From: Acidobacteriota bacterium
Lineage (GTDB): Bacteria > Acidobacteriota > UBA890 > WLXD01
Reading direction: 5' to 3'
Assembly (NCBI GenBank): GCA_965248695.1
Contig: CBDFKD010000002.1
Span: 2,784,001-2,848,000 of the forward strand
Length of the DNA: 64,000 nt
The notes below the pieces were generated by a model that was not told the origin of the DNA, ran no database searches, and was given only the letters and a program-made list of their open reading frames with translations. The stretch's first letter is position 1. Every line of letters begins with the position of its first letter. Both the position numbers and the translations under genes were made by a program. Below, in pieces: positions 7,075 through 16,765 of this stretch.

Positions 7075-8613
7075 CTACTCGAATACCCATGGCCCCAGGG
7101 ACACGTCGTCGGTGCAGCTATCGTCGACTTCGGCATCCGGGTCGTCCAGGAAGCTCGAGATCACCTGCGGCCGACACTCCCCCGCCAGCCCATGCCCGAG
7201 CGCCTGAAACTCGAGGATCTGCAGATTGGGCATTGTGCGCGCCAGATAATGGCCCCAGCGCGTGGTGCAGCACGAGTCGACCTGACCGTGCAGCGACAGC
7301 CCGGGAACATCGGAGTAAAAGCGATCGTTGTGCTCTGGTGGCACGGCGCCGTCCACACCCCACCAGGCGCAGATCTTGTTGTCCTCGAACGCTACCAGCG
7401 CCGGCTCGCGCTCGAGCATGGCGAAGACGTCGTCCTTGGTCGGTCGATTCGCGCCCATATCGCCGCAAACGTGGGCAAGGTAGTAACCGTAGGGCTGCCG
7501 CTCGTCGACGTCATCGGGCGACACCTCACGCCAGCCGTCAATGCTGAAGAAGTCGTCGAGCGCCGAGTAGTCGTGCCGCTGTACCCGCGACAGCACGTTC
7601 GGCAGCTTCATGTAGATGTCCTCGAAGCGGCGATAGATCTTGGCGATCAGGGCGACACCGTCGAACGTCAGGGTAACCGTCCTGCCGTCGTCAGTCTGCG
7701 CGGTGGTGACGTAGGGCTGCGCATCGAGCGCCCGGCGAGCACGGTCGATCTCGTAGTACCAGGCCGGAAGCAGCTCGCGACAGTGCGGATCCTCGGCCAC
7801 ACACAGGCCGAGGATATCGGTATACATCTGCTTGATGGTGTAGAACTCGTCGATGGCGGCGCGGTTGCGATACTCGCCGAACCAGGGCGCCCCGAGCACG
7901 AAAGCGCGCACGCTGTGCGGGTAGTAGCGCAGGTACGCCAGCACGCTGCCGCCGCCCGTGGAGTAGCCGTAAATATCGACCTTGTCGTAACCCAGCAGCT
8001 CACGGATCTCGTCGACGTCGCGGGCGATGTCGTACTCGTTGTACTTCGCCACGTCGACGCCCTCACCGACCAGCTTGTCGTAGCACCGTTCCACCGTCTC
8101 GGCGTGCAGGCGCAGCCGTTCCATGGTGTCGGTGGAGGAAACCACCACCGGGGAAAGCTCGTTCTGGTACGGCGAGATGGTGCGGCCTGGGCAGATCAGC
8201 GTCGGCGTGGCGTGAAGGAACCCACGATGCTCGACGAGAACGACCGGACGGTTGCCGGCATCGCCGCGGATCCAATCGAATTCGCCCATCGGCGACAGGC
8301 CGGGGCCGCCCGGGAAGAAGAAGAGCGGCTCAGGGCTCGGACCGACGTTCGGGGCGTCGGCTGCGCTCTCCGGCGCGATCACCGCCACCGGCAACTCGAC
8401 GATCGTGCCGTTGGGGTCGTCGCGATCCTCCTGGCCGAAGAACATGTAGCAATCGGCGTCGGTGTCAACCAACTGCTGCGTGACGCAGTCGGCGGGCTCG
8501 ATTCGCGGGACGGCTCCCGTCTCCTGAGCACCTGCGAGGCCCGGGAGGGTGGCGACCAAAGCGCACGCCAATCCCGTCCGTATCGCTGGCCGTCGTGCGC
8601 GCGCTACCTCCAA
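7075..8613 (-). CDS. Secreted alpha/beta hydrolase (TAP/S33-like)
   Basis: PGGPG, GYSTGG nucleophile, GQVD and LGHG; TTG start at 8613 after a GGAGG RBS. Confidence 0.85.
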   Translation of the reverse strand: MEVARARRPAIRTGLACALVATLPGLAGAQETGAVPRIEPADCVTQQLVDTDADCYMFFGQEDRDDPNGTIVELPVAVIAPESAADAPNVGPSPEPLFFFPGGPGLSPMGEFDWIRGDAGNRPVVLVEHRGFLHATPTLICPGRTISPYQNELSPVVVSSTDTMERLRLHAETVERCYDKLVGEGVDVAKYNEYDIARDVDEIRELLGYDKVDIYGYSTGGGSVLAYLRYYPHSVRAFVLGAPWFGEYRNRAAIDEFYTIKQMYTDILGLCVAEDPHCRELLPAWYYEIDRARRALDAQPYVTTAQTDDGRTVTLTFDGVALIAKIYRRFEDIYMKLPNVLSRVQRHDYSALDDFFSIDGWREVSPDDVDERQPYGYYLAHVCGDMGANRPTKDDVFAMLEREPALVAFEDNKICAWWGVDGAVPPEHNDRFYSDVPGLSLHGQVDSCCTTRWGHYLARTMPNLQILEFQALGHGLAGECRPQVISSFLDDPDAEVDDSCTDDVSLGPWVFE

Positions 8614-8732
8614 CTCCGCACCTCCCTCGCTGTCGGGCTGTGTGTGTCTGGCTGTCGTGTGTCTGGCCGTCTTCGTGTCGACCGTTACAACGTACCGCGA
8701 AAGCACGCTTGACGGTGTCTGGACGGCCATGT

Positions 8733-8748
8733 TACGAAGAGTTTCGTA
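8733..8748. promoter_or_regulatory. Putative BlaI-type operator
   Basis: TACGAA-GAGT-TTCGTA palindrome between the divergent hydrolase and blaI-like genes. Confidence 0.6.
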
Positions 8749-8842
8749 GTTTGCCGTCGAGCACGTCTCACGCAACCGTTCAACGGCACCAGTCGTGACG
8801 CGCGGCACTCGGCTTGCATCCTTCCCCACGCCGGTCAGAAAC

Positions 8843-9220
8843 TTGAGCAACCCCCGTCCAACGGACGCCGAGCTCGCCATCTTGAACGTGCTCTGGGACC
8901 GCGGTCCGAGCACCGTGCGGGGGGTGCTGGAAGGGTTCCCGCTGCCAGCGCCGGGCTACACGACCGCCCTGAAGCTGCTGCAGATCATGCACACCAAAGG
9001 GCTGGTAGCACGTGACGAGTCGGAGCGCGCCCATGTCTACCGTGCCGCCGCCCCGCGTGAGCATACGCAGCGCGGGCTCGTCGGCGACCTCATCGAGCGC
9101 GGGTTCGGAGGCTCCTCCGAGGAGCTCGTGCTACGCGCGCTCGAGGCGCGCCCGGCATCGGAAGACGAGCTGCAGGCCATCCGGCGCTTGATCGACAGGT
9201 TCTCCGAGGACGCATCATGA
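8843..9220 (+). CDS. BlaI/MecI/CopY-family repressor
   Basis: PTDAELAILNVLWDRGPSTVR...YTTALKLLQIMHTKGLV...FGGS. Confidence 0.9.
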   Translation: MSNPRPTDAELAILNVLWDRGPSTVRGVLEGFPLPAPGYTTALKLLQIMHTKGLVARDESERAHVYRAAAPREHTQRGLVGDLIERGFGGSSEELVLRALEARPASEDELQAIRRLIDRFSEDAS

Positions 9221-10490
9221 ATCGGAGACACTGCCGTGATCTTGGAGACCCCGACGTGATTCGGGGCGACACTGTCGTGATTCGGGAGACGCCGTGGTGA
9301 TCTGGGACGTGCTGGTGTCGCCATCGTGGACCCGGCCACTCGGCTGGGCGCTGGCACACTCGGTCTGGCAGATCACACGTTCGTATTTGCGCATCAGCCG
9401 CAAGCACGCTCGGCGCCGACCCTGTACGGCACCAGCCTGGCGGCGGCGGAGACGGTCGTGTCCACTCCGCCCGAACGCAGCATCGACCTCGCTGGCTATG
9501 TCGAGCCGCTCGTCGAGCTGGCGGTGCTGCTGTGGATAGCAGTCCTGGCGGTCTCCGCCATGCGGTTCGCCAGGGCACTCGCTGACACCGGCCAGCTCTA
9601 CGCCGCCGCCGGCCCGCCCGGTGCCAGCCGGGCTCTCCGATTACGTCGCCCGCCGCCGTGTGGAGGTGGGCGTACGACGACCGATCCGTCTGCGCTGCTC
9701 GGACCGCGTCGACAGCCCCACCCTGATCGGCTGGCTACGGCCCTTGATCCTGATCCCGGACAGCGCCACCGAGCTCGACGCGCACCGCGTCGAGCCATTG
9801 CTCGCACACGAGATGGCGCACATCCGTCGACATGACTACGCCATGAACCTCGCCCAGGCGGTGGTCGACCGGGTGTTCTTCTACCACCCGGCGCTGCGCT
9901 GGCTGTCTGGCCAGGTGCGCCTGGCACGGGAGCACTGCTGCGACGACAGCGCCGTAGCTGCCACGGATGGTGGCCGGCTCGCCTATGCGCGGTCGCTCGC
10001 TGGTCTCGAAGAGCTCCGGGCACACCCGGCCCGGCTCGCTGCCTCGGACAGCGGCCTGCTGCACCGCGTTCGCCGGCTGCTGAGTCCACCGCAGGCGCCG
10101 CGCCGGTTCAAGGCGATCGCCCCGCTGACCCTGGCAGGTGCGTTGGTCGCCAGCGGCGGCTACGCGATGATGCCGTCGGTTTCTGCCACCACCGTGCTGG
10201 ACGGTCTCGACCCGGTGCATCTGCTCGGCGGGCGCGAGCTTGCCGGCACCCCCAGCCTGGCAGTGCGACTGCACGGCTACCGCTACCTGTTCGCCGATAC
10301 GTACACCCGCGAGCGCTTTCTGGCAGATCCTGATCGATACGCGGTGCTCAACGTGCGGGCGTGCCCGGTCACGGGCGATCCTGTGCGACCCGACGTATGG
10401 CGTGTGGTCGACGGCCGCATCGTGCTGTTCTGCTGCCGCGGGTGCTGGCCAGACTGCCGCCCTAACCAACCTCCCCTATCTCTTCGAGGA
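9217..10490 (+). pseudogene. BlaR1-like M56 peptidase with YHS-like C-terminal domains, frameshifted
   Basis: LGWALAHSVWQ, SPTLIGWLRPLILIP, LAHEMAHIRRHD, FFYHP, REHCCD; YHS-like GLDPV...YRYLF and CPVTG...FCCRGC; spread over several frames. Confidence 0.8.
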
Positions 10491-10499
10491 GTTCCAAGC

Positions 10500-11521
10500 A
10501 TGTCGAGCTCGAATCTGCCGCACCCAGAAGTACGAAGGTCTTCGTTGATTCGCCACCTACGCCGCGGATCGCAGATCGCGCTGGCCGGCAGCCTGGCGAT
10601 CAGCGCACCGGCGACTTCGCATCTGGGCGTCGCCGTTGCCGCAACTCCGCATCTCGGTCCCGCCGTTGCCGCAACTCCGCATCCAAATCTCCTCACCCCC
10701 GCAGCTTCGCGCCAGGACACCGATGTTCCTCCCATGCCCAATGACTTCCCCACCCATCTGGTGGGCGATCCCGAGATCGACGGCCGACGGCTACGCCCCT
10801 ACCGGGTCGAGCTGTCGATGTCTCGGGTGGGCAGGGACGGCCCCCTACAGCTCGGCGAACGTGTGCGGGTCGGGGCCATCCAGGTGAACGAGCTGGCGTT
10901 GGTGGAGGTCGATGGACGACAGGTTTGGCGCCGCACCATCGAGACCCGCCGCGCCGGCACCGACGAGATCCTGGCCGTGGCCAGCATCGACATGGACCAC
11001 ACCTCCCTACGGCCGCTGCGCGCCAGCGTCGAGCAGGGCGACAACAAGCAGAGCTTCGAGTACGACGGCGACGCCCACGTCATCCGTCAGACCGATGGCG
11101 CCGGCACCAACGGTGCCGAGCTGAGCCACGATCTGTGGATGTACGAAGCCGGCGCGCACGACGTGCTCATGAGCGCCCTGCCGCTGCGCGAAGGCTTCGC
11201 GGCGCGCATCCCCGTCGTGATGGCGTCCGGCGGCGCCAAGTACTGGGCCATTCCACGCGTGGTGGCCTCGGAGAAGATCGACGTAGGCGACGGAGTGCCG
11301 CGCGACGCCTGGGTGGTGGATCTCGACTGGTGGGGCATGGGCGCCCAGCAAGCACCGAGTACTACCCGGGTGGCGGCGTCAACGACACCGGCGGCACCGG
11401 CGGCAGGTACTGGGTGTTGAAGTCACCACCGGAGGGTCTGCCGGGAGTGGTGCGAGTACGCACCGAGATCGACGACAGCAACGACTCGGTAATTCAGATG
11501 CAGGCAGCAGAAACGCAGTAG
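10500..11521 (+). CDS. Hypothetical exported protein (frameshift near 11350)
   Basis: GAGGAG RBS before ATG 10500; signal-like N-terminus; internal tandem duplication AVAATPH x2; C-terminus continues in another frame. Confidence 0.55.
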
Positions 11522-11555
11522 AAGTCGCTGCGCGCCGACAGAACCGCTCCGCGCA

Positions 11556-11996
11556 TCATGTCGTCGAGCGCCCGGCAAGCTCGGCGGGATCAACTCGTTC
11601 GACCGAGTCGATGCGGTCGAAGTGGCGATCGGTGGACAGGATCCGTGGCAGCTCGTTGGACTCCATCACCGCTACGTGGATCGCATCGCGAGGAGACATC
11701 TTGGCGCCTTCGAGCAGCAGGTGGAGAGCGCGCACGGTGTCGGCCTCGGTAACCGGGAGGACTTCCCGGCTCAGGTTGCGTGCCGAGTCGAACACCGTCC
11801 GTGCAGTGTCCGCGCGCCCGATCGAGAAATAGCGATACAGGATCTCTTGCAACACCTCGGAGCTGGTCACCAGATCGATGCCTTCCTCCAGGACGCGCTC
11901 CAGAGCGTCGAGGCACGGCCGCCGTAGTGGATGCTCGCCGCCGGCGGCGTACATCAGCACGCTGGTGTCGAGGAAGAGGGCTCCCGGCTCAGTCAT
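11556..11996 (-). CDS. vapC: VapC PIN-domain toxin
   Basis: FLDTSVLMY, TSSEVLQE, RDAIHVA and STDRHFD motifs. Confidence 0.9.
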   Translation of the reverse strand: MTEPGALFLDTSVLMYAAGGEHPLRRPCLDALERVLEEGIDLVTSSEVLQEILYRYFSIGRADTARTVFDSARNLSREVLPVTEADTVRALHLLLEGAKMSPRDAIHVAVMESNELPRILSTDRHFDRIDSVERVDPAELAGRSTT

Positions 11997-12267
11997 CGTC
12001 CTCAGTCCAGACCGCCACCGTGCCCCTCTTCAGTCGGACGTAGTCCTGTTCCCAGGCGGCGTAATCGTCAGGGGGCGGGGCGTCCGCGGCCTTCAAGGCG
12101 TCGAGAGCCGCTCGGCGCCGCTTTCGATCTTCGGGCTCCAGGCAATACCGAACGATCGATTCGCGCACCACGGCAGCCAACTTGCGGCCGCTGCCGCGCG
12201 CGATCGCTTCCAGAGCGTCGTACTGCGCTGGCGCGAGCGTCACCTGGACCTTCCGGGTCGTGCCCAT
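11989..12267 (-). CDS. Ribbon-helix-helix-type antitoxin
   Basis: Overlaps the vapC start; MGTTRKVQVTL...LAAVVRESI. Confidence 0.75.
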   Translation of the reverse strand: MGTTRKVQVTLAPAQYDALEAIARGSGRKLAAVVRESIVRYCLEPEDRKRRRAALDALKAADAPPPDDYAAWEQDYVRLKRGTVAVWTEDDD

Positions 12268-12286
12268 GGCCGAATGATATCTGTAG

Positions 12287-12318
12287 GATGACATTTGTGT
12301 CAATATAATTATGTCATC
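12287..12318. promoter_or_regulatory. TA promoter/operator inverted repeats
   Basis: GATGACA...TGTCATC and TGACA-TTTG-TGTCA, AT-rich, upstream of the antitoxin. Confidence 0.5.
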
Positions 12319-12636
12319 ATAGACGAGATACCAATAGCCGGCACGGCGGGTCAGGAATAACCCGACGGGGGCGAATCGGGCGCCGTCGTACCCCCCTGCC
12401 GCAGCATTGAGATCGTGCAGCCGGCCGAGGGCGTCGGGTACTGTCGAGATGACAAGCCGATCGCCGGCCTGAACGTCAAACCCTGCCGGGTAGAGCAGGC
12501 GCTCGTTCGACGGACGCTCGAGGCTGAGGACCATCTTGTTGGCTTTGAGCGTGTTCTCGGCGCGAGCAACTGGTTCGAGGAGCTGGGGCGGCTCGTGCCG
12601 ACGAACCCGTAGCCTTTACCAGCAGCACCAGATCGG

Positions 12637-13335
12637 CTAGTTGTCGACTTTCTCCGACGCCGGCGGCCTGGCGACCCGGACCTTCGCTCGGCCCTCGCTG
12701 CCGACGAAGTCCCAACACACCTGCCCGAAGTAGAGCGCCCACAAGACGATGGCGCAGAGCTTGAAGACGTCTTCGCTCTCCCTCACGGCGGGGTCCAGAG
12801 TGAACACCACGTTGTCGATCACGCTGGAGATCGCGAAGCCCCCGACGGCCCCGAGCAACAGCAACCACGGGGTTCCTGCCATGACGGCGCGCGAGACCCC
12901 GAACAAGGCCACGAGGGAAGCCGCATAGAAAACGTGGAACAGGATCTCCGGTATCCCCACCTTGTCAGCGAAAGCGTCGTGGAACAGAAGGGTATCGTCG
13001 ACCGCCATGGTCAGCCCGAGCGCGCCGCCGATAACCAAAATCCTGTACGTGCTGCCGTCGGAGAAGCGCGCGCCGAGCGCTCGATGGGCGACGATCGCGG
13101 TCGCGACCGTCGCTGCGCCCGACACCAGCCAGAGCGTCGATCCGAGGAGCGACGCGTATGCATAGTACGGAGGAACCCCGGCCGCGCGGTACGGATCCCT
13201 CGTCAGGATCTTCATCGAAACACCGAAATAATCGGCGGCGAGCAATACGCCGGCGGCGGTCGCGGCACCGAGTACGAGTGCCCCTAGATAAAGGCCGCTG
13301 TACCGCTTCAGATTCTCGATCATTCTGCCTTCCAT
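12637..13335 (-). CDS. Hypothetical multi-pass membrane protein
   Basis: Six to seven hydrophobic segments; DD..FHD and ED.FK motifs. Confidence 0.7.
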   Translation of the reverse strand: MEGRMIENLKRYSGLYLGALVLGAATAAGVLLAADYFGVSMKILTRDPYRAAGVPPYYAYASLLGSTLWLVSGAATVATAIVAHRALGARFSDGSTYRILVIGGALGLTMAVDDTLLFHDAFADKVGIPEILFHVFYAASLVALFGVSRAVMAGTPWLLLLGAVGGFAISSVIDNVVFTLDPAVRESEDVFKLCAIVLWALYFGQVCWDFVGSEGRAKVRVARPPASEKVDN

Positions 13336-13389
13336 GGCGATCGCCGCCAGCCCGGCTGCTCAGACCTCGGGCAGGCACCCACAGAGCCG

Positions 13390-15099
13390 TCAGCGCCAGG
13401 ATTCATGCTCGTATACCGACTCCCCTTCAAGAAGCGTCACCAGGACCTTTGCCTGGTGAATCTCCTCCGGCGGGATATCGAAAAGATTGCGATCGAGCAC
13501 CACCAGATCAGCGTATTTGCCGACCTCCAGGGTGCCGATCTCGCTCTCCCGGAAGTTCAGGTACGCGACATCGATGGTGTAGCCGGCGATCGCGGTAGCC
13601 AGATCGACGACCTCTTCGGCGTTGAACGGCTCACCGGGGCCGGCGGTCAGGCCGCGGCGGGTGACCGCCACCTGCATGCCCTCGAGCGGGTTCATCGACG
13701 ACACGCCCCAGTCGCTACCGAAGGCGATCCGGCCGCCAGCGTCGACCACCGCGCCGACCGGATAGACCCAGCGCGTGCGCTCGAGCCCGATGCGGGGCTC
13801 GATGAGATCGATCACCATCTCATCGCGCTGCGCCCAGATCGGCTGGAAGTTGGCGATCGCGCCGAGCTCGGCGAACCTGGGGAAGTCGTCCGGGTGGGCC
13901 AGATCAATGTGGGCGATATGGTGCCGGGAGTCGCGTTCATCGTTCACCGCGCGGGCATGCTCGAACGCGTCTAACGCGTAGCGAACGGTCGCATCGCCGA
14001 CGGCGTGCACGTGCACCTGGAAGCCCTCGGCGTCGAGCGCCGCTACCAGCGGGTTCAGGTCCTCGGGTGCGATGTTGGGGTGCCAGCGAAAGTCGGGGCG
14101 ATCGGCATAGGGCTCGATCAGCGCGGCGGTGTGGTTGTAGATCAGGCCATCGCCACCGATCTTCACGGCCGTGGGACGAAAGCGCTCGCCGCCGAACTCG
14201 TTGCGCAGGGCAACCACGCGAGCGACGTTTTCGAGTCCTTCCTCGGCGTTGATGCGTAATCCGGTGACCGCGCGCACCGTCAGCTCGCCGCGTGACTCCA
14301 GCGCCGCGTAGGCCTGCAGCGACTCCCTGCCGCCGCCGGCGTCCTGGAATGAGGTGATGCCAAGGCTGTTGGCCAGCTGGATGCCGCGCCGCAAGGCATC
14401 CGTCCGCTGCTCCGCACTCGGCTCCGGAACGTGCTCGTACACCAGCCTGCTGGCCGACTCGTGCAGGGTGCCGGTCGGCTCGCCGGTTGCCGGGTCGCGC
14501 TCGATGCGCCCGTTCTCCGGATCCGGCGTGTCCTTCGTGACCCCGGCGAGCTCCAGCGCGCGCGAGCTCGCCCAGGCGGAGTGGCCGTGCTGCGACGTGA
14601 GGATGATCGGTCGTCCCGGGGCGATCTCGTCGAGGACCGACTTGTGCGGGTTGGCCTGATCGAACAGGAACAGCGCCCAGCCGCCGCCGCGGATCCATTC
14701 GTCCGCCGCTCCCTCGGAGGCACACTCGCGAATCGCGTCAATGACGGCGTCGAGGGTAACGATGTCGCGCACGTTGCAGCCGCGGTTATCGACCGGGTGT
14801 ACATGCGAATCGCCAAACCCGGGCAGCAACATCTTGCCCTCGAGATCGACGACTCGGGTATCGGCCCCGATCAGCGGAGCGACTTCGTCGTCGGAGCCGA
14901 CGGCGACAATCCGACCGTCGGCAACTGCCACCGCCTCGGCCCATGGCTGGGTGGGGACGACCGTGTAGACGGCGCCGTTGCGGAGCACCAGGTCGGCCGG
15001 GTCGGGAGAATCAGCACACGCGACCGTGAAGGCGACCGTAACGAGGACAGCGGACAGCGCCGCCAGCGGAACCAGCGAGTGGGCGCGGGAAGTTCTCAT
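13390..15099 (-). CDS. Amidohydrolase_3 (YtcJ/N-substituted formamide deformylase-like), probable lipoprotein
   Basis: PGFGDSHVH, HAVGD, RHHIAH, FGSDW and GTLEVGKYADLVVLD; VAC lipobox. Confidence 0.9.
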   Translation of the reverse strand: MRTSRAHSLVPLAALSAVLVTVAFTVACADSPDPADLVLRNGAVYTVVPTQPWAEAVAVADGRIVAVGSDDEVAPLIGADTRVVDLEGKMLLPGFGDSHVHPVDNRGCNVRDIVTLDAVIDAIRECASEGAADEWIRGGGWALFLFDQANPHKSVLDEIAPGRPIILTSQHGHSAWASSRALELAGVTKDTPDPENGRIERDPATGEPTGTLHESASRLVYEHVPEPSAEQRTDALRRGIQLANSLGITSFQDAGGGRESLQAYAALESRGELTVRAVTGLRINAEEGLENVARVVALRNEFGGERFRPTAVKIGGDGLIYNHTAALIEPYADRPDFRWHPNIAPEDLNPLVAALDAEGFQVHVHAVGDATVRYALDAFEHARAVNDERDSRHHIAHIDLAHPDDFPRFAELGAIANFQPIWAQRDEMVIDLIEPRIGLERTRWVYPVGAVVDAGGRIAFGSDWGVSSMNPLEGMQVAVTRRGLTAGPGEPFNAEEVVDLATAIAGYTIDVAYLNFRESEIGTLEVGKYADLVVLDRNLFDIPPEEIHQAKVLVTLLEGESVYEHESWR

Positions 15100-15205
15100 T
15101 GCCACCTCGTGTCCTGTAGCCGTGGAGGGGTCGGATCGTGGTCCGCGGGGCGGTCGCTTGTGCCAGAGAGAATGGGCTTCGCTCGCCGGCAAGACGGGCC
15201 GGGCG

Positions 15206-16702
15206 TCACGAGCGCGGCTCCGAAGCCAGCCGAGAGACTCGATCGAAGGGACTCAGAACTCCGAGCCGGTCGCCCAAGGGCAGCAGATTGCCGTCGATGT
15301 CGCGCAGAGGCTGCGGCGGATCAATCCGCTGGGTCAACGGCGTGACCACGAGCAACAGGACGGCGCTCGCCGCCAAACCGAGCATGTCGGACGGAAGCTC
15401 CGGGAACAGAACCAGACTGGCAATCCAGACCACGGCGCCGCCGATCATGCTGGCCAGCGCGCCGAAGCGATTCGACTTCGACCACCACACTCCCGCCACT
15501 ACCGGAACGAAGATAGAGACCAATAGAGCCGAGAACGAGTCGACCATCAGCACGTAGACGGCCTGGACGTAGAGGGCGATGCCGAGGGCACCCACGCCGA
15601 AGACCGGCACCGAGTAGCGCGCCCACGCCAGCCGCACGGCCGGGCTCGCGTTCGGGTAGAAGTACGGGATGATGTTGGCGCTCAGCACGCTCGCCGGCAC
15701 CAGCAGCGCACTGTCGGCGCTGCTCATGATCGCGGCAAGCAGGGCGCCCACGAAGATCGCCAGCGCCAGCGGATGCAGATAGTGCAACGCAAGCTGCGGG
15801 AGGATGAGCTCGGGGTCCGCCAGCTCGGGCAACACGAGCACGCCGAGCACCCCCAGTAGCACCGGGATCACGCCAACGGTGAGATAGCCGATCCCCGCCA
15901 GATAGGCGGAGTTCTGCGCCACGTTCTCGTTCTTGGCCGACATGGCGCGCTGCATCAGGTCTTGCGAGGCAATGCTACCGATGCCGATCACCGCCCAGTC
16001 GCGCGCGTAGTTCAGCCAGGTGGCGAAGCCGCCCTCCGCCGGGATTATCCGCAAACTGCCGGCGGGCAATGCCGAGTACGCTGCCTGCCAGCCGCCGAGA
16101 TCCCCGACCACGATCGGCAGCATCATGACGAAGCCGGCCATGAGAATCACCATCTGCACGAAATCGGTCATCGTCACCGCCCACATCCCACCGGCGGAGG
16201 TGTAGGAGAGCACGATCGCCGAGGCCACCAGAATGCCGGTGGTGGCGGAAACACCGGCCAGCGCCTGCAGGATGAAGCCGAAGGCCACCAGCTGGGCGCC
16301 GGTCCAGCCGATGTAGACGAAGATCATTACGACCGCCGAGAGCATCCCGGCGGTGGGGCCGAACTTGATCTCGAAGAAGCTGGCGATGGTCAACAGCCGC
16401 ATGCGGCGCATCATGCGCACGACGAACAAGCCCGCCAGCAGCAGACACACGCCGGCACCGAACGGATCGGCGATGACGCCGAGCATGCCGCCCTCGTACG
16501 CTGCCCCGGCGGCTCCCATCGTGGTGCCGGCACCCATCCAGGTGGCAAACAGGGTGGCGCTGCAAAGCCACAACGGCAGACGGCGGCCGGCGACGATGAA
16601 GTCGTCGCTGTCCTTGACCCGCCGCGACGCCAGGGCTCCGACGATCAGCATCCCGACGACGTACACCCCGACGCCGGAGAGCACGATCAGCTGATCACTC
16701 AC
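15206..16702 (-). CDS. Sodium:solute symporter family transporter
   Basis: DFIVAGRRLP, GGMWAVTMTDFVQ and AAIMSSADS. Confidence 0.92.
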   Translation of the reverse strand: MSDQLIVLSGVGVYVVGMLIVGALASRRVKDSDDFIVAGRRLPLWLCSATLFATWMGAGTTMGAAGAAYEGGMLGVIADPFGAGVCLLLAGLFVVRMMRRMRLLTIASFFEIKFGPTAGMLSAVVMIFVYIGWTGAQLVAFGFILQALAGVSATTGILVASAIVLSYTSAGGMWAVTMTDFVQMVILMAGFVMMLPIVVGDLGGWQAAYSALPAGSLRIIPAEGGFATWLNYARDWAVIGIGSIASQDLMQRAMSAKNENVAQNSAYLAGIGYLTVGVIPVLLGVLGVLVLPELADPELILPQLALHYLHPLALAIFVGALLAAIMSSADSALLVPASVLSANIIPYFYPNASPAVRLAWARYSVPVFGVGALGIALYVQAVYVLMVDSFSALLVSIFVPVVAGVWWSKSNRFGALASMIGGAVVWIASLVLFPELPSDMLGLAASAVLLLVVTPLTQRIDPPQPLRDIDGNLLPLGDRLGVLSPFDRVSRLASEPRS

Positions 16703-16765
16703 GAGCAGACTTCTCCTGCCAGCCGGCCGCGCCGAACAGCGGGGCCGCCACCACCGCGTGATGAT

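Noticed and set aside
5754-8613. DGR template/variable repeat pair in the near-identical hydrolase blocks
   Set aside because: Differences are not adenine-specific and there is no reverse transcriptase; ordinary paralogy.
9621-11420. Single 599-aa M56 fusion protein
   Set aside because: An internal RBS+ATG with a signal-like peptide at 10500 indicates two genes joined by a lost stop.
11989-12534. 181-aa antitoxin
   Set aside because: The extension crosses the AT-rich promoter; the real start is most likely ATG 12267.
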